From assembly GCA_963702425.1 (NCBI GenBank), contig CAVPCQ010000035.1, forward strand, positions 1-64,000: DNA of 64,000 bases, in the 5' to 3' direction. Source of the stretch: an uncultured Acidobacteriota bacterium (GTDB lineage Bacteria; Acidobacteriota; Polarisedimenticolia; J045). Every line of letters begins with the position of its first letter. The first letter of the stretch is position 1. Shown here one piece after another: positions 19,093 to 29,720 of the stretch. Position numbers and translations under genes: made by a program. The notes beneath the pieces were generated by a model. It had not been told where the DNA came from. It ran no database searches and saw only the letters and a list, made by a program, of their open reading frames with translations.

Positions 19093-20480
19093 GGATCGCT
19101 CTCCCGTCGACGGCGAGCGCCGCCTCCTTGACGACCTCGGCGAGCGTCGGGTGCGCGTGGCAGGTCCGCGCCAGGTCCTCCGACGACGCGCCAAACTCGA
19201 TCGCCGCGACCGCCTCGGCGATCAGGTCGCCGGCCCGCGGGCCGAGGATGTGCACGCCGAGGATCCGGTCGGTCGCCGCGTCGGCCAGGATCTTCACCCG
19301 GCCGTCGACCTGGGCCAGCGCCTTGGCGCGCCCGTTGGCCATGAACGGGAAGCTCCCCTTGCGGTAGGCCACGCCGGCGGCCTTGAGCTCCTCCTCGGTC
19401 TTCCCCACCGACGCCACCTCGGGGTGGGTGTAGACGACGTTGGGGATCGCGTCGTAGTTGACGTGGCCGTAGCCGGTCTTGATGAACTCGGCGCAGGCGA
19501 CCCCCTCGTCCTCCGCCTTGTGCGCCAGCATCGGCCCGGGGATCACGTCGCCGATCGCGAAGACCCCGGGCGCGGCCGTGCGCCAGTGCGCGTCGACCGG
19601 GATCCGTCCGCGCGCGTCGAGCGCGATCCCGACCGTCTCGAGCCCCAGCCCCTCGGTGTACGGCACGCGGCCGACCGAGACCAGCACGCGGTCGCAGCGC
19701 AGCGGCTCGCTCCCTTCGCTTTCCACGACCGCGCCGTCGCCGTCCGCGCGCGCGCCGGTGACGCGCACGCCGGTCCGGATCTCGAGCCCCTGCTTCTTCA
19801 GCAGCTTCTCCATCTCGGCCGCGATCTCGCCGTCCATCCCGGGCAGGATCCGGTCGAGGTACTCGAGCACCGTCACCTTCGCCCCGAGCCGCGCCCAGAC
19901 CGAGCCCAGCTCCAGCCCGATCGCGCCGGCGCCGATCACGACCAGGTGCTGCGGGACCTCGGGGTAGGACAGCGCCTCGGTGCTGGTGCCGACCCGCTCG
20001 CCGTCGAAGCGTCACGCCGCGCAGCGGCGCCGACCGGCTGCCGGTCGCGAGGATGACGTGCTTCGCGGCGAGCGCCGTCGCCGTCCCGTCGGCCGCGTCG
20101 ACCACGACCTGGCCTGGACCCGCCAGCCGGCCCCGGCCCGCGTAGCGCGTGATCCTGTTCTTGCGGAACAGCCCCTCGACCCCCTTGGTGAGCGCTGTGA
20201 CGATGTCGGTCTTGCGCTTCAGCATCTCCGCCAGGTCGAGCTCGACGCCGGCCAGCCTGATCCCCTGGCGCGGGAAGCCCTTCTTCGCCTCGGCGAACAG
20301 CTCGGACGACTCGAGCAGCGCCTTGGACGGGATGCAGCCGATCCGGAGGCAGGTCCCGCCGAGCGCCGGCTCGATCTCGACGCACGCCGTGTCGAGCCCG
20401 AGCTGCGCCGCGCGGATCGCGGCGACGTACCCGCCCGGCCCGGCCCCGATGACGACGACCTCGTGCTCCTTCGCGGCCAT
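19085..20480 (-). CDS. lpdA: Dihydrolipoamide dehydrogenase (frameshift near 20010)
   Basis: GAGPGGYVAAIRAAQLG, GGTCLRIGCIPSK, GAGAIGLE, HAHPTLAE. Confidence 0.95.
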
Positions 20481-20481
20481 C

Positions 20482-21756
20482 TCAGACCTCCAGCAGGATG
20501 CGCTGCGGGTTCTCGACGCACTCCTTGATCCGCTTGAGGAAGGTGACCGACTCGCGGCCGTCGATGACGCGGTGGTCGTAGGTCAGGGCGACGTACATCA
20601 TCGGCCGGATCACGACCTGCCCGTCCCGGGCCACCGGCCGGTCCTGGATCGCGTGCAGCCCCAGGATCCCGCTCTGCGGGTAGTTGAGGATCGGGGTCGA
20701 GAGCATCGAGCCGTAGATCCCGCCGTTGCTGATCGTGAAGGTCCCGCCGACCAGGTCCTCGAGCGTCAGCTTGTTGTCCTTGGCCTTCCGGGCGTACTCG
20801 CCGATCGCGACCTCGATCTCGGCGAACGAGAGCTTCTCGGCGTTGCGGATGATCGGCACGACCAGTCCGCGGCCGCCGCCGACCGCGATCCCGACGTCGT
20901 AGTAGTTGCGGTAGACGATCGTCTCGCCGCGGATCTCGGCGTTGACCTGCGGCACCTCCTTGAGCGCCTCGATCGCGGCCTTGACGAAGAACGACATGAA
21001 GCCGAGCCGCACGCCGTACTTCTTCTCGAACGGCTCCTTGAACTCGGCCCGCAGCGCCATGACGTTCGTCATGTCGATCTCGTTGAACGTCGTGAGCATC
21101 GCGGTGACCTGCTTGGCCTGCACCAGGCGCTCGGCCGCGCGCTTGCGCAGCGGGGTCATCGGGACCGCGTCCTCCAGCCGCGGGTGGGTCGGCAGGTTGC
21201 GCGCGGGAGCCGAGGGGAGCGCGGCAAGGCCGGCGCCGCCCGGGGCGGACGCGGGACCGGGCGCAACCGCCGCGCGCTGCACGTCCTCCTTCAGCATCCG
21301 GCCGCCCGGACCGGTGGGGGTCACCTGCGCTGCGGCGAGGCCGGCGTCGTGCAGCGCCCGCGCGGCGGCCGGCATCACGAACGGCGCGCCGGATGGGGCG
21401 ACAGCGGCCGGAACGGCGGGGGGCGCCGGCGGGGCCGACGCTGGAGCCGACGAAGCCGGCGCCGGCGCTGGAGGGGCCGTCGCGGCTGCGGCCGGCGCAG
21501 CCTTCACCGCTGGCGCCGCCCCCTCCTCGATCAGCGCCAGCACCTCGCCGATCTTCGCGTACTCGCCTTCCTGCTTCTTCAGCTCGAGCAGCGCGCCGGA
21601 GACGGGCGCCGGCAGCTCCTGGGTGATCTTGTCGGTCTCGAGCACGACCAGCGGCTCGTCCTGCGCGAACGGCTCGCCGGGCTGCTTGAGCCAGCGCGCG
21701 ATCAGCGCCTCGTTGATCGACTCGCCGAACGACGGGACCTTCAGTTCCAGCGGCAT
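20482..21756 (-). CDS. sucB: 2-oxoglutarate dehydrogenase E2
   Basis: Lipoyl motif LETDKIT, E3-binding [26 protein letters not shown]. Confidence 0.95.
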   Translation of the reverse strand: MPLELKVPSFGESINEALIARWLKQPGEPFAQDEPLVVLETDKITQELPAPVSGALLELKKQEGEYAKIGEVLALIEEGAAPAVKAAPAAAATAPPAPAPASSAPASAPPAPPAVPAAVAPSGAPFVMPAAARALHDAGLAAAQVTPTGPGGRMLKEDVQRAAVAPGPASAPGGAGLAALPSAPARNLPTHPRLEDAVPMTPLRKRAAERLVQAKQVTAMLTTFNEIDMTNVMALRAEFKEPFEKKYGVRLGFMSFFVKAAIEALKEVPQVNAEIRGETIVYRNYYDVGIAVGGGRGLVVPIIRNAEKLSFAEIEVAIGEYARKAKDNKLTLEDLVGGTFTISNGGIYGSMLSTPILNYPQSGILGLHAIQDRPVARDGQVVIRPMMYVALTYDHRVIDGRESVTFLKRIKECVENPQRILLEV

Positions 21757-21776
21757 GTCCGTTCCTTCTGTCGTTC

Positions 21777-21885
21777 GGGCCGGCACGGAGTGCCGGCCCC
21801 TACATGGGCGGGCCGGCACGGAGGCCGGCCCCTACATCCGGCGGGAGCACCGTAGGGGCCGGCCTCCGTGCCGGCCCGCCCCTAC
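21777..21885. repeat. Cluster of GTAG-type REP palindromes (two direct copies, one inverted copy, one half-site)
   Basis: Copies at 21777-21803, 21810-21835 and inverted 21852-21877, plus GCCCCTAC at 21878-21885. Confidence 0.88.
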
Positions 21886-24710
21886 GTCCTCGCCTCGACC
21901 GCGAACGCGCGCTCGACGAGCTGCTGCTGCTCGAGCGCGTGGCTCTTCGCCGAACCGGTCGCCGGGCTCGCCGACGACTCGCGCGTCACGCCCGAGAAGG
22001 GCCAGCGCCCGAACAGCGTCTCGCCGAAGCGCGCGCGGAAGGCGCGCCAGGCTCCCATGTTCTCCGGCTCCTCCTGCACCCAGACGACCGGCGTCCCCGG
22101 ACGGTAGGGCTCGAACGCGGCGAGCAGCGTGGCGTCGGCCAGCGGGTAGAGCTGCTCGATCCGCAGGATCGCGACGTCGCGCCGTCCGGCTTCCTCGCGC
22201 GCCCTGGCGAGGTCGAAGTAGACCTTGCCGGTCGCGCACAGCACCCGCCCGACCTCCGCCGGCACGGTCTGCCCCACGTCGGGCAGGATGCGCCGGAAGC
22301 GCCCCGTCGCCAGCTCGCCCAGCGAGGAGACGACTTGCGGGTGGCGCAGCAGGCTCTTGGGGGTCATCACGACCAGCGGTTTGCGCAGCGGGCGGACCAC
22401 CTGGCGGCGCAGCGCGTGATAGTACTGGGCCGGGGTCGTCGGCTGGATCAGTTGGATGTTGTCGTCGGCGGCCAACGCCAGGAAGCGCTCGAGCCGCGCG
22501 GAGGAATGCTCCGGGCCCTGGCCCTCGAAGCCGTGCGGCAGGAGCAGCGCCAGGCCCGACAGCCGCTCCCACTTGTCCTCGGCGCTGACCAGGAACTGGT
22601 CCACGATCACCTGCGCCCCGTTGACGAAGTCGCCGAACTGCGCCTCCCAGAGCACCAGCGCCTCGGGCATCTCGAGGCTGTAGCCGTACTCGAACCCGAG
22701 CACACCGGCCTCGGAGAGCGGGCTGTTGATGATCGCCACCGGCGCCTGGTCCGGTGCGAGGTGCTGCAGCGGCAGGGTGCGCGCCCCGGTCTTCACGTCG
22801 GTGATCGCGGCGTGGCGGTGGCTGAAGGTGCCGCGCTGCGAGTCCTGTCCCGACAAGCGCACCGGGTGGCCTTCCACCGCCAGCGTCGCGAAGGCCAGCG
22901 CCTCGGCGGCGGACCAGTCGATCGGGCGCTTGCCTTCCGCCATCTCCCGCCGCTGGCCCAGCCAGCGCTCGATCTTGGGATGAGGCGTGAAGCCGTCCGG
23001 GAGGCGCGTCTGGGCCTCCAGCAGCCGTGCGAGCGTGCTCTCGGGCACGCCGGTGTCGACCTCGGGGGTCTTGTCGTCGTCCCCTCCGTGGTAGCCGCCC
23101 CAGGTGCCACGCAGCTCGTTCCCCTTGAGCTGGTACTCGGGGCTGCGGGCGACCGACAGCTCGCGCTCCAGGTTCTCGCGGCGCGCCCGCGCGATCTCGT
23201 CGGCCTCCTCCTTCGTCACGCCGGACAGCGCGAGCAGGTGGTCGAGGTACCCCTCGCGCACCGACTTTCGGCGCTTGATCGCGGCGTACATCAGGGGCTG
23301 CGTGAACTCGGGCTCGTCGCCTTCGTTGTGGCCATAGCGCCGGTAGGCGTACATGTCGATCACGACGTCGCGCCGGAACTCGCGCCGGTAGTCCATCGCC
23401 AGGTGGATCACCTGCGCGACGGCCTCGGGGTCCTCGCCGTTGACGTGGAAGATCGGGACCTGGAGCATCTTCGCCACGTCGGTGGCGTAGGTCGTCGAGC
23501 GCGACTCCTCGGGATCGGTGGTGAAGCCGATCTGATTGTTGACGATCACGTGCAGCGTGCCGCCGATGGCGTAACCCGGCAGCTCGCTCATGTTGAGCGT
23601 CTCCTGCACGATCCCCTGCCCGGCGAAGGCCGCGTCGCCGTGGATCAGGATCGCCAGGCCGCGGGTCCGCGAGGCGTCGCCGTGGCGCTCCTCCTTGGCC
23701 CGCGTGCGCCCGACCGCCACCGGGTCGACGAACTCGAGGTGGCTCGGGTTGAAGCAGAGCGTCAGGTGGATGCTGCGGCCGTTGCTGCAGGTGGTGTCCG
23801 CGCTGTACCCCATGTGGTACTTGACGTCGCCCCGGCCGAAGAAGTTCTCGGGGTCGTTGTCGTCGAACTCGCGGAAGATCTGGGCCGGGCTCTTGCCGAC
23901 GATGTTGGCCAGCACGTTGATCCGGCCGCGGTGCGCCATCCCGAACACGACCTCGTCCACACCGTGCTCGGCCGCCGTCTCGACCGCGATGTCGAGCAGC
24001 GGGATCAGGCTCTCGGCCCCCTCCAGCGAGAAGCGCTTGGCCCCGAGGTACTTGCGCTGGATGAACTCCTCGAAGACGACCGCGTCGGTGAGCTTGGTCA
24101 GCAGGCGCAGCTGCTCGTCGCGGGTCAGAAGGATCCGGTTCTGCGAGGCCTCCATCCGCTCCTGCAGCCACAGCTTGGGACGGATGTCGTCGATGTGCAT
24201 GTACTGCGCGCCGATCGAGCGGCAGTAGGTGTTCTTCAGCCGCTCGAGGACCTCGCGGAAGGTCAGCGCGCCGGGCGAGCCGGCGATCGTGCGCGAGGAG
24301 ACGACCTTGTCCATGTCGGCTTCGGTGAAGCCGTAGTGGGACGGGTCGAGCTCCGGGTGTGGCGGGCGCGGCAGCCCCAGGGGGTCCAGGCGCGCGATCA
24401 GGTGCCCGCGCACGCGGTAGGCCCGCACGATCTGGTCGACGCGGTCCTGCCGGGCAGCGACGTCCGCTTCCTGGCGGATCACGGCGCAGGTCTCGCAGGC
24501 GTCCTTCGTCGGGTGGAAGAGCGAGGGCGGCCGGAAGGAGGGGCCGTGGCGGGCCGGCTGGTCCATCGCCGGCAGGCCGACGAAGTAGTCCCGCCAGGCC
24601 TCGGAGACCGACAGCGGATCGCGCTGCCAGTCCTCGTAGAGGGCTTCGACGAACGCGAGGTTCAGGGGGACGTGCTCGTGCTCGGGGTGGCGCTGTTCGC
24701 CGTCGCTCAT
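21882..24710 (-). CDS. sucA: 2-oxoglutarate dehydrogenase E1
   Basis: KRFSLEG, GMAHRGR, GDVKYH, HGDAAFAGQG, WEAQFGDF, GQGPEHSSAR. Confidence 0.97.
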   Translation of the reverse strand: MSDGEQRHPEHEHVPLNLAFVEALYEDWQRDPLSVSEAWRDYFVGLPAMDQPARHGPSFRPPSLFHPTKDACETCAVIRQEADVAARQDRVDQIVRAYRVRGHLIARLDPLGLPRPPHPELDPSHYGFTEADMDKVVSSRTIAGSPGALTFREVLERLKNTYCRSIGAQYMHIDDIRPKLWLQERMEASQNRILLTRDEQLRLLTKLTDAVVFEEFIQRKYLGAKRFSLEGAESLIPLLDIAVETAAEHGVDEVVFGMAHRGRINVLANIVGKSPAQIFREFDDNDPENFFGRGDVKYHMGYSADTTCSNGRSIHLTLCFNPSHLEFVDPVAVGRTRAKEERHGDASRTRGLAILIHGDAAFAGQGIVQETLNMSELPGYAIGGTLHVIVNNQIGFTTDPEESRSTTYATDVAKMLQVPIFHVNGEDPEAVAQVIHLAMDYRREFRRDVVIDMYAYRRYGHNEGDEPEFTQPLMYAAIKRRKSVREGYLDHLLALSGVTKEEADEIARARRENLERELSVARSPEYQLKGNELRGTWGGYHGGDDDKTPEVDTGVPESTLARLLEAQTRLPDGFTPHPKIERWLGQRREMAEGKRPIDWSAAEALAFATLAVEGHPVRLSGQDSQRGTFSHRHAAITDVKTGARTLPLQHLAPDQAPVAIINSPLSEAGVLGFEYGYSLEMPEALVLWEAQFGDFVNGAQVIVDQFLVSAEDKWERLSGLALLLPHGFEGQGPEHSSARLERFLALAADDNIQLIQPTTPAQYYHALRRQVVRPLRKPLVVMTPKSLLRHPQVVSSLGELATGRFRRILPDVGQTVPAEVGRVLCATGKVYFDLARAREEAGRRDVAILRIEQLYPLADATLLAAFEPYRPGTPVVWVQEEPENMGAWRAFRARFGETLFGRWPFSGVTRESSASPATGSAKSHALEQQQLVERAFAVEART

Positions 24711-24874
24711 CTCGTTCGCCCTGGTTCCGGCGCCGGGGACGCTGCGCCGTGCGCCGCCTTCCGACCGCGGAAGCCGTTCATCTTAGCCGGGTTCCGAACG
24801 GGTGTCCGGCAAGGTCGCGCGCGCCCGGCGGCGGGGCCGCGCGCGGCTCGTCGAGGCATCCCCGCGCACAGCGA

Positions 24875-24905
24875 TTGACACCCCCCCCCCGACGCGCCTA
24901 CAGAT
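24875..24905 (+). promoter_or_regulatory. Putative promoter with a C10 tract in the spacer
   Basis: TTGACA at 24875-24880 followed immediately by 10 C; weak -10 (TACAGA) about 18 bp away. Confidence 0.45.
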
Positions 24906-24958
24906 GATCCGTCCCCGCGTGGACCCGCGCGAGGTCCTCAGCCGAGAGGAGGCCCGCC

Positions 24959-26934
24959 ATGTCGATCGGAACCCCGTCGCCCCGCCCACTCGACCACCCG
25001 GACGGCTCGCCCTCCGGGCGTCGTTCCCGTTCCCGAAGCCCCCTGCTGGTCGCTGGCGGACTGGCCCTGGTCACCGCCGTGCTCGCCTCGGCCGGGTTCG
25101 CCGGCGCGGCCCCCGGCGCCGCGAAGAAGGCGAAGGCCCCGCGTGCGCTCGTCGTCGACTCGCTGGCCGACGATGCGGCACCGGCGAACGGTACCGTGAC
25201 GCTGCGATCGGCTCTCGCTCGGATCCGGCCGGGGGGGAAGATCACCTTCGCCCGCGCCCTCGACGGCGGGACGATCCGGCTCACGCTGGTCGGGGACGAG
25301 CACACGGTGCTGCTCGGCGAGACCTTCGCGCAGGGCAAGTTCCTCGAGTACGCGGAGCGGGACTACGGCCGCTCGGCCCTCTCCGTGCGCAAGAGCGTGA
25401 CGATCGACGCCTCCGGACTGCCGCACGGGATCACGCTGGCCTGGGACGGCGGCGCAGGGGCCCGTGCCCGCGTCCTCGCGGTGTACGGCGACCTGGCGAT
25501 GACCAACGTCACCGTCACCTCCGGCTTCGCCGAGAGCGCACCGACCGCCGACCCGTTGCAGCCCTGGACGCTGGCCCGCGGCGGAGGTCTCGCGATCTGG
25601 GGCACGGCCACGCTCCGGCGCTGTACCTTCGCCGGGAACCGCGTCGCCGGGGATCTCGAGGCGAGCCGTGACCGCGGCGCGTTCGGCGGTGCGATCTACG
25701 GCAACCGGCTGGTCCTGACCGACTGCGTGATCGCCGGCAACGCCGTCTCCGGGTACGGCGGCGCAGGCGGCGGAATCTACTCGGTCGGCGGCGCGCGGAT
25801 CACCGGCGAGTCGTCGCTGCTGCGCACGACCGTCAGCGGGAACCGCGTCTCCGCGCAGCACGCCTACGGCGGGGGGGTCTACAGCGACGGCGGCGGGCCG
25901 GGGAACCGGAAGACGATCACGCTCGAGAACTGCACGATCGCGCGCAACCTGGTCGAGGACAACCCCGCCCTGCCCGAGCCGCCGGGCTCGCAGTACTACT
26001 ACCGCGGCGGCGGCTTCTACATGTCCAACGGCTCGCTCGCCCTGACCAGTTCGACGATCGTCGAGAACGCGGTGACCGGGTTCCCGGCGATCTTCAAGGG
26101 GAAGCCGAACATGGGCGGGGGCGCGATCGCGGCCACGATCGGCGACGCCCACGTCGTGGAGACGATGGCGATCCGGCACTCGATTCTCGCCGGGAACACG
26201 CTGAACGGCGCCCCGAGCGACATCTTCACCGGATCGCTCCTGCACTTCACCAGCGACGGCTACAACCTCGTCGGCTCGCTGGACGCGAGCCAGATCCTGG
26301 TCCCGATCCCGCCCTGGTGGTCGCTCTCCCGCAGGCACTGGCCCAAGGTGGGCGACCAGGAGGGGGTGCCGCTGTCGGCCGCGGTGGCGCTCGACGAGAT
26401 CGCGTTCGACGACGCGATCCTCTCCGTGGGCGTCGACGCCGGCGGGCCCGCCGTTCTCTGGTACCCGCCGGGAAGCGAGGCGCGCGACAAGGTCGCCCGA
26501 CAAGCGCTACCGGGTCCCCGTCGTCATGGCGCAGTACCAGGTCGAGTCAGGGCCGGGAGGACGGTTCCTCGTCGCAGTGCTCGAGCGGCTCCGCACCGAG
26601 TACGCAGCCGAGCTGGGCACGACTTCGGCGAATAGTTCGGCGACGTCTCCGGGATCCCCTTCGTGCCCACCCCGGAAACCTGGCCGAGCGAGCCGGCCAA
26701 CGCGCCGTGGATCCGGTTCTGGCACGACCTCGACGCGGCGATCGGCGACCGGCTCGGCGACGCGGGCCTGGGGGACGGGTTCTGGGGCCCGTTCGATGCG
26801 TTCCCGCCCGACGCCGGCTTGAAGCTGAGCCAGCGGCTGCTCGAACCGGTCGGTTCAGCCGACTCCTCTCGACCAGCGTGGCGAGCGGCGCCCGGCGCGG
26901 CGGGCGCAGCGACATCGGGGCGATCGAGCGCTGA
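24959..26934 (+). CDS. Secreted right-handed beta-helix protein with GGAI repeats and choice-of-anchor-Q-like end (frameshifts after ~26500)
   Basis: VVDSLADD...TLRSAL N-terminus, GGAIY/GGGIYS/GGGVYS repeats, SDGYNLVG, terminal DIGAIE in a later frame. Confidence 0.7.
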
Positions 26935-26962
26935 TCCGGGAGAGATCGCGGCGGTCGCCGGG

Positions 26963-28775
26963 CTAGCCGGCGCCGCCGCCGCCGCCGCCCGAGCCGCCGC
27001 CGCCGCCGCCGGAGGCGCCGCCGCCTGCGCCCACGCCGGAGCTCTGGGCCGAAGCGACGATTCCCGCGAACGACCCGAGGGCCGTGCCGAGGCCGCCTGC
27101 GCCGCCCGCTTCACCGGACCCGTCGCCGCCCGCGATCGCCCCCGCGTACCAGCCGTAGTAGCCGGCGGCCTGCTCGCGCGGCAGGCGGCCGACGAGCGTG
27201 GCGAACTCTTTCGAGACCCCGAGCCCGATCGCCAGCGCGAACGCGGGTCCCCCACTCGCCCGGCGCGAAGCGCGGTGCGAGCCCCGCCTTCGCCTCCTGC
27301 TTCACCCGCGCGGCCCACGCCTTCCAGGCGTCGAACTCGCGCTGACCCTCGAGCGTGCGGCGCCGGAAGGCGACGGTGAAGACCGCGACCACGACGCCGC
27401 CGATCAACGCGGGGAGCGCGGGGGCAGGAGCGCGGGCCCAGGCGATCAGCACGGCCGCGGTCGTGAACAGCAGGGCGGCGATCCCGAGGTTGGCGGCGAT
27501 CGCTCCGGTCGGGCGGGGCTCGAACGCCGCGTGGCCGGCGTCGGTCTCGTCCACCAGCGCCTTCCAGCCCGAGAACCAGCTCGTGATGCGCTCGCCCGAA
27601 CGGCGCGCGGCACCCGGCAGGTCGGCGAGGTCGAGTTCCTGGCCCGACGATCCGAGGCGGCGCAGGAAGTCCAGCAGGTCGGACTCGAACGGCACCAGCC
27701 GATCGGAGGTGCGCGGCGCGAGGCGCACCCAGTAGTGCGGCGTGCTGTGGTGCCAGCTCACGTCGGCGCGGTCCTCGACGATCGACAGGTGGCCGCGCCG
27801 CGCGAGGTCGGCAATCGTCGCCCCGAGCGCCCGCGCGTCGACCGTTCCGTGCACGAGGCGCGCCACGAGCGCCGGCGGCCGGTCGGACGGGCACTCGCCG
27901 GGCGCCTGCGTCGGCGTCACCGCGTGGGGCCACGCGCTCCTGCGGAACAGCGCGAACGACCCCGCCAGGCCGAGCGCCGCGAGCACACTGCCGATGATCA
28001 GCGCCGGGCGGCGGCGCGCGGCGACTTCCCTGGCCTGGGCCCGCGCCCGGTTCGCTTCGTCGGCCCAGCGCCCTTCCTCGGCCAGGATCGCGTCCAGCCG
28101 CGGCCCGTCCGCGCTCGCGGCGAGGCCGGGCACGGCCGCCGGCGGGAAGACCGCGCGTCCCTCGAAGAAGGTGCGTCGCGGCAGCGGGGCAACGTCGAAC
28201 CGAACGCTCCCGTCGGGCTCGATCCGGACCGCGCCGTAGAGCGGGCCGTGGGCCCAGGCGCGCAGCTCGGACGCCGCCACCGGCTCGGAGAAGCGCAGGC
28301 GCGCGGTCACGGCGCCGATCGTCCGGTCCCATTCGTCGCCGACGAACTGGTGGTAGAACTGCGCCACCTCGGGGCCGCGCGTCACCGCGCCGGTGAAGGT
28401 GTACGAGAGCGTGAAGGCCCGGCGCTCGTCCCGGGCCCGGTAGTACCAGGTGACACGGACGCTGTCCGGCTTCCGCTCGACGCGGAAGGTCCCCGGCTCC
28501 TCGCCGTCGCCGGGCGCGTAGGGGACGCCGGCCTCCGCGACCTCGAACCGGTCGACCGACTGTCCCGGAGCGAGCGGGATGTCGCGGGTCGCGTAGCGGA
28601 AGCTGCCGCGGTAGTCGTAGACGATCGTCTCGACGAAGGCCGCGCGGCCGTCGGGCAGCACGAGCGCGTCGACATCGACCTGCGGCACGCTGTGGCGCTT
28701 GTCGGCGAGCGCGGGCGACACCGCGGCGAGCAGCGTCGCCGCCGCCATCGCCCCCAGGACCAACTGTCGTCTCAT
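26963..28775 (-). CDS. DUF2207 family membrane protein with Gly-rich tail (frameshift near 27240)
   Basis: Signal peptide, LPDGRAAFVETIVYDY, AWAHGP, PPALVARL, ATIADLARRGHL, and a GCC-repeat-encoded poly-Gly C-terminus. Confidence 0.85.
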
Positions 28776-28821
28776 CGGGGTCCTCGTGGTCGAGCGGGCC
28801 GACACCTTGGGCGGCCAGCCC

Positions 28822-29169
28822 TCAGAACAGTTCGGCGTACGCGCTGTCGCTGAAGCCGACGATCAGCGTCTTGCCGACCCGGAGCGTCGGCGCGCGCAGG
28901 TTGCCGGTCGGCCCGAGCAGCACGGCGAGCAGCTCGTCGTCGGTCGGCCGGTCCTTCCGGAGGTCGAAGGCGACGATCCTGGCGCCCCGGGCGGCGACCA
29001 CCCGGTCGACGCCGCGGGCCAGCGCCAGCGCCTCCTTGCGGCCCAGCTTCGTCCGGCCAGCGTCGACCTCTTCCTCGACCTTCACACCGCGCGGCTCAAG
29101 GAACCCCTGAGCCTTCTGACAGCTCGTTCATCCCTTGCGCCGGTAGTACCAGTCGATCGTGTAGGCCAT
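28822..29169 (-). CDS. ArsC/Spx-like selenoprotein (UxxC; Sec codon at 29128-29130)
   Basis: MAYTIDWYYRRKG-TGA-TSCQKAQGFL continues in frame to LGPTGNLRAPTLRVGKTLIVGF. Confidence 0.85.
29093..29113 (-). promoter_or_regulatory. Putative bacterial SECIS hairpin
   Basis: GGCUCAGG-GGUUC-CUUGAGCC begins 14 nt 3' of the UGA; apical loop starts with G. Confidence 0.7.
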
Positions 29170-29192
29170 GGGCATCCCCTTCCCGAACGATC

Positions 29193-29627
29193 TTACCCCC
29201 GCGAAAGGGGCAGCCCGGCGGCCTCCAGGAAGCTGACGAGCGAGCGGTCCGCACCGGACACGTGACCGGCGAGCCAGTCGCGCAGCAGGTGGATGCTGTC
29301 GAGCGTCCATCGGGTGACGCCGACCGCGTGGCGCCGCTTGAGGTCCTCCAGCAGTTCGATCGCGTGGTCGTGCTCCCGCGCATGCGTCTCGCGCTGCGGG
29401 AACCGGTGCCGCTCCATCAATAGCTGCTCGGACAGGAAATGGGCGCGGAGGTACTCGATCAGGCGGCCCACCGCCGCGTCGACTTCCGCCGGCTCGCGCC
29501 CCGCGGCGACGGCCTCGGCGACCGCGTCGATCAACTCGAACTGGACCCTGTGTTCCTCGTCGAGCTCGTCGTGGCCAAGCGCGGGCACGCGACGGTCGGG
29601 AGCGGCGGATGAGGGCTGAGGCACCAT
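29193..29627 (-). CDS. Single-domain bacteriohemerythrin
   Basis: LDEEH, HFLSEQLLM, HAREH and WLAGHVSGAD di-iron ligand pattern. Confidence 0.88.
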   Translation of the reverse strand: MVPQPSSAAPDRRVPALGHDELDEEHRVQFELIDAVAEAVAAGREPAEVDAAVGRLIEYLRAHFLSEQLLMERHRFPQRETHAREHDHAIELLEDLKRRHAVGVTRWTLDSIHLLRDWLAGHVSGADRSLVSFLEAAGLPLSRG

Positions 29628-29720
29628 CGGAACCTCCTGTCTTACCTGATTTCGATAGCGAGTATGCACCCGTCCGCCGGCGCGCGCGAACCGTGCGGCC
29701 GCCCGCTCGCCCATGGGAAG

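Noticed and set aside
21777-21885. Short repeats with spacers resembling a mini-CRISPR
   Set aside because: Spacers are too short and irregular, one copy is inverted, copies are dispersed and no cas genes are present; this fits REP elements.
26966-27025. GCC trinucleotide repeat tract
   Set aside because: It encodes the normal poly-Gly tail of DUF2207 proteins.
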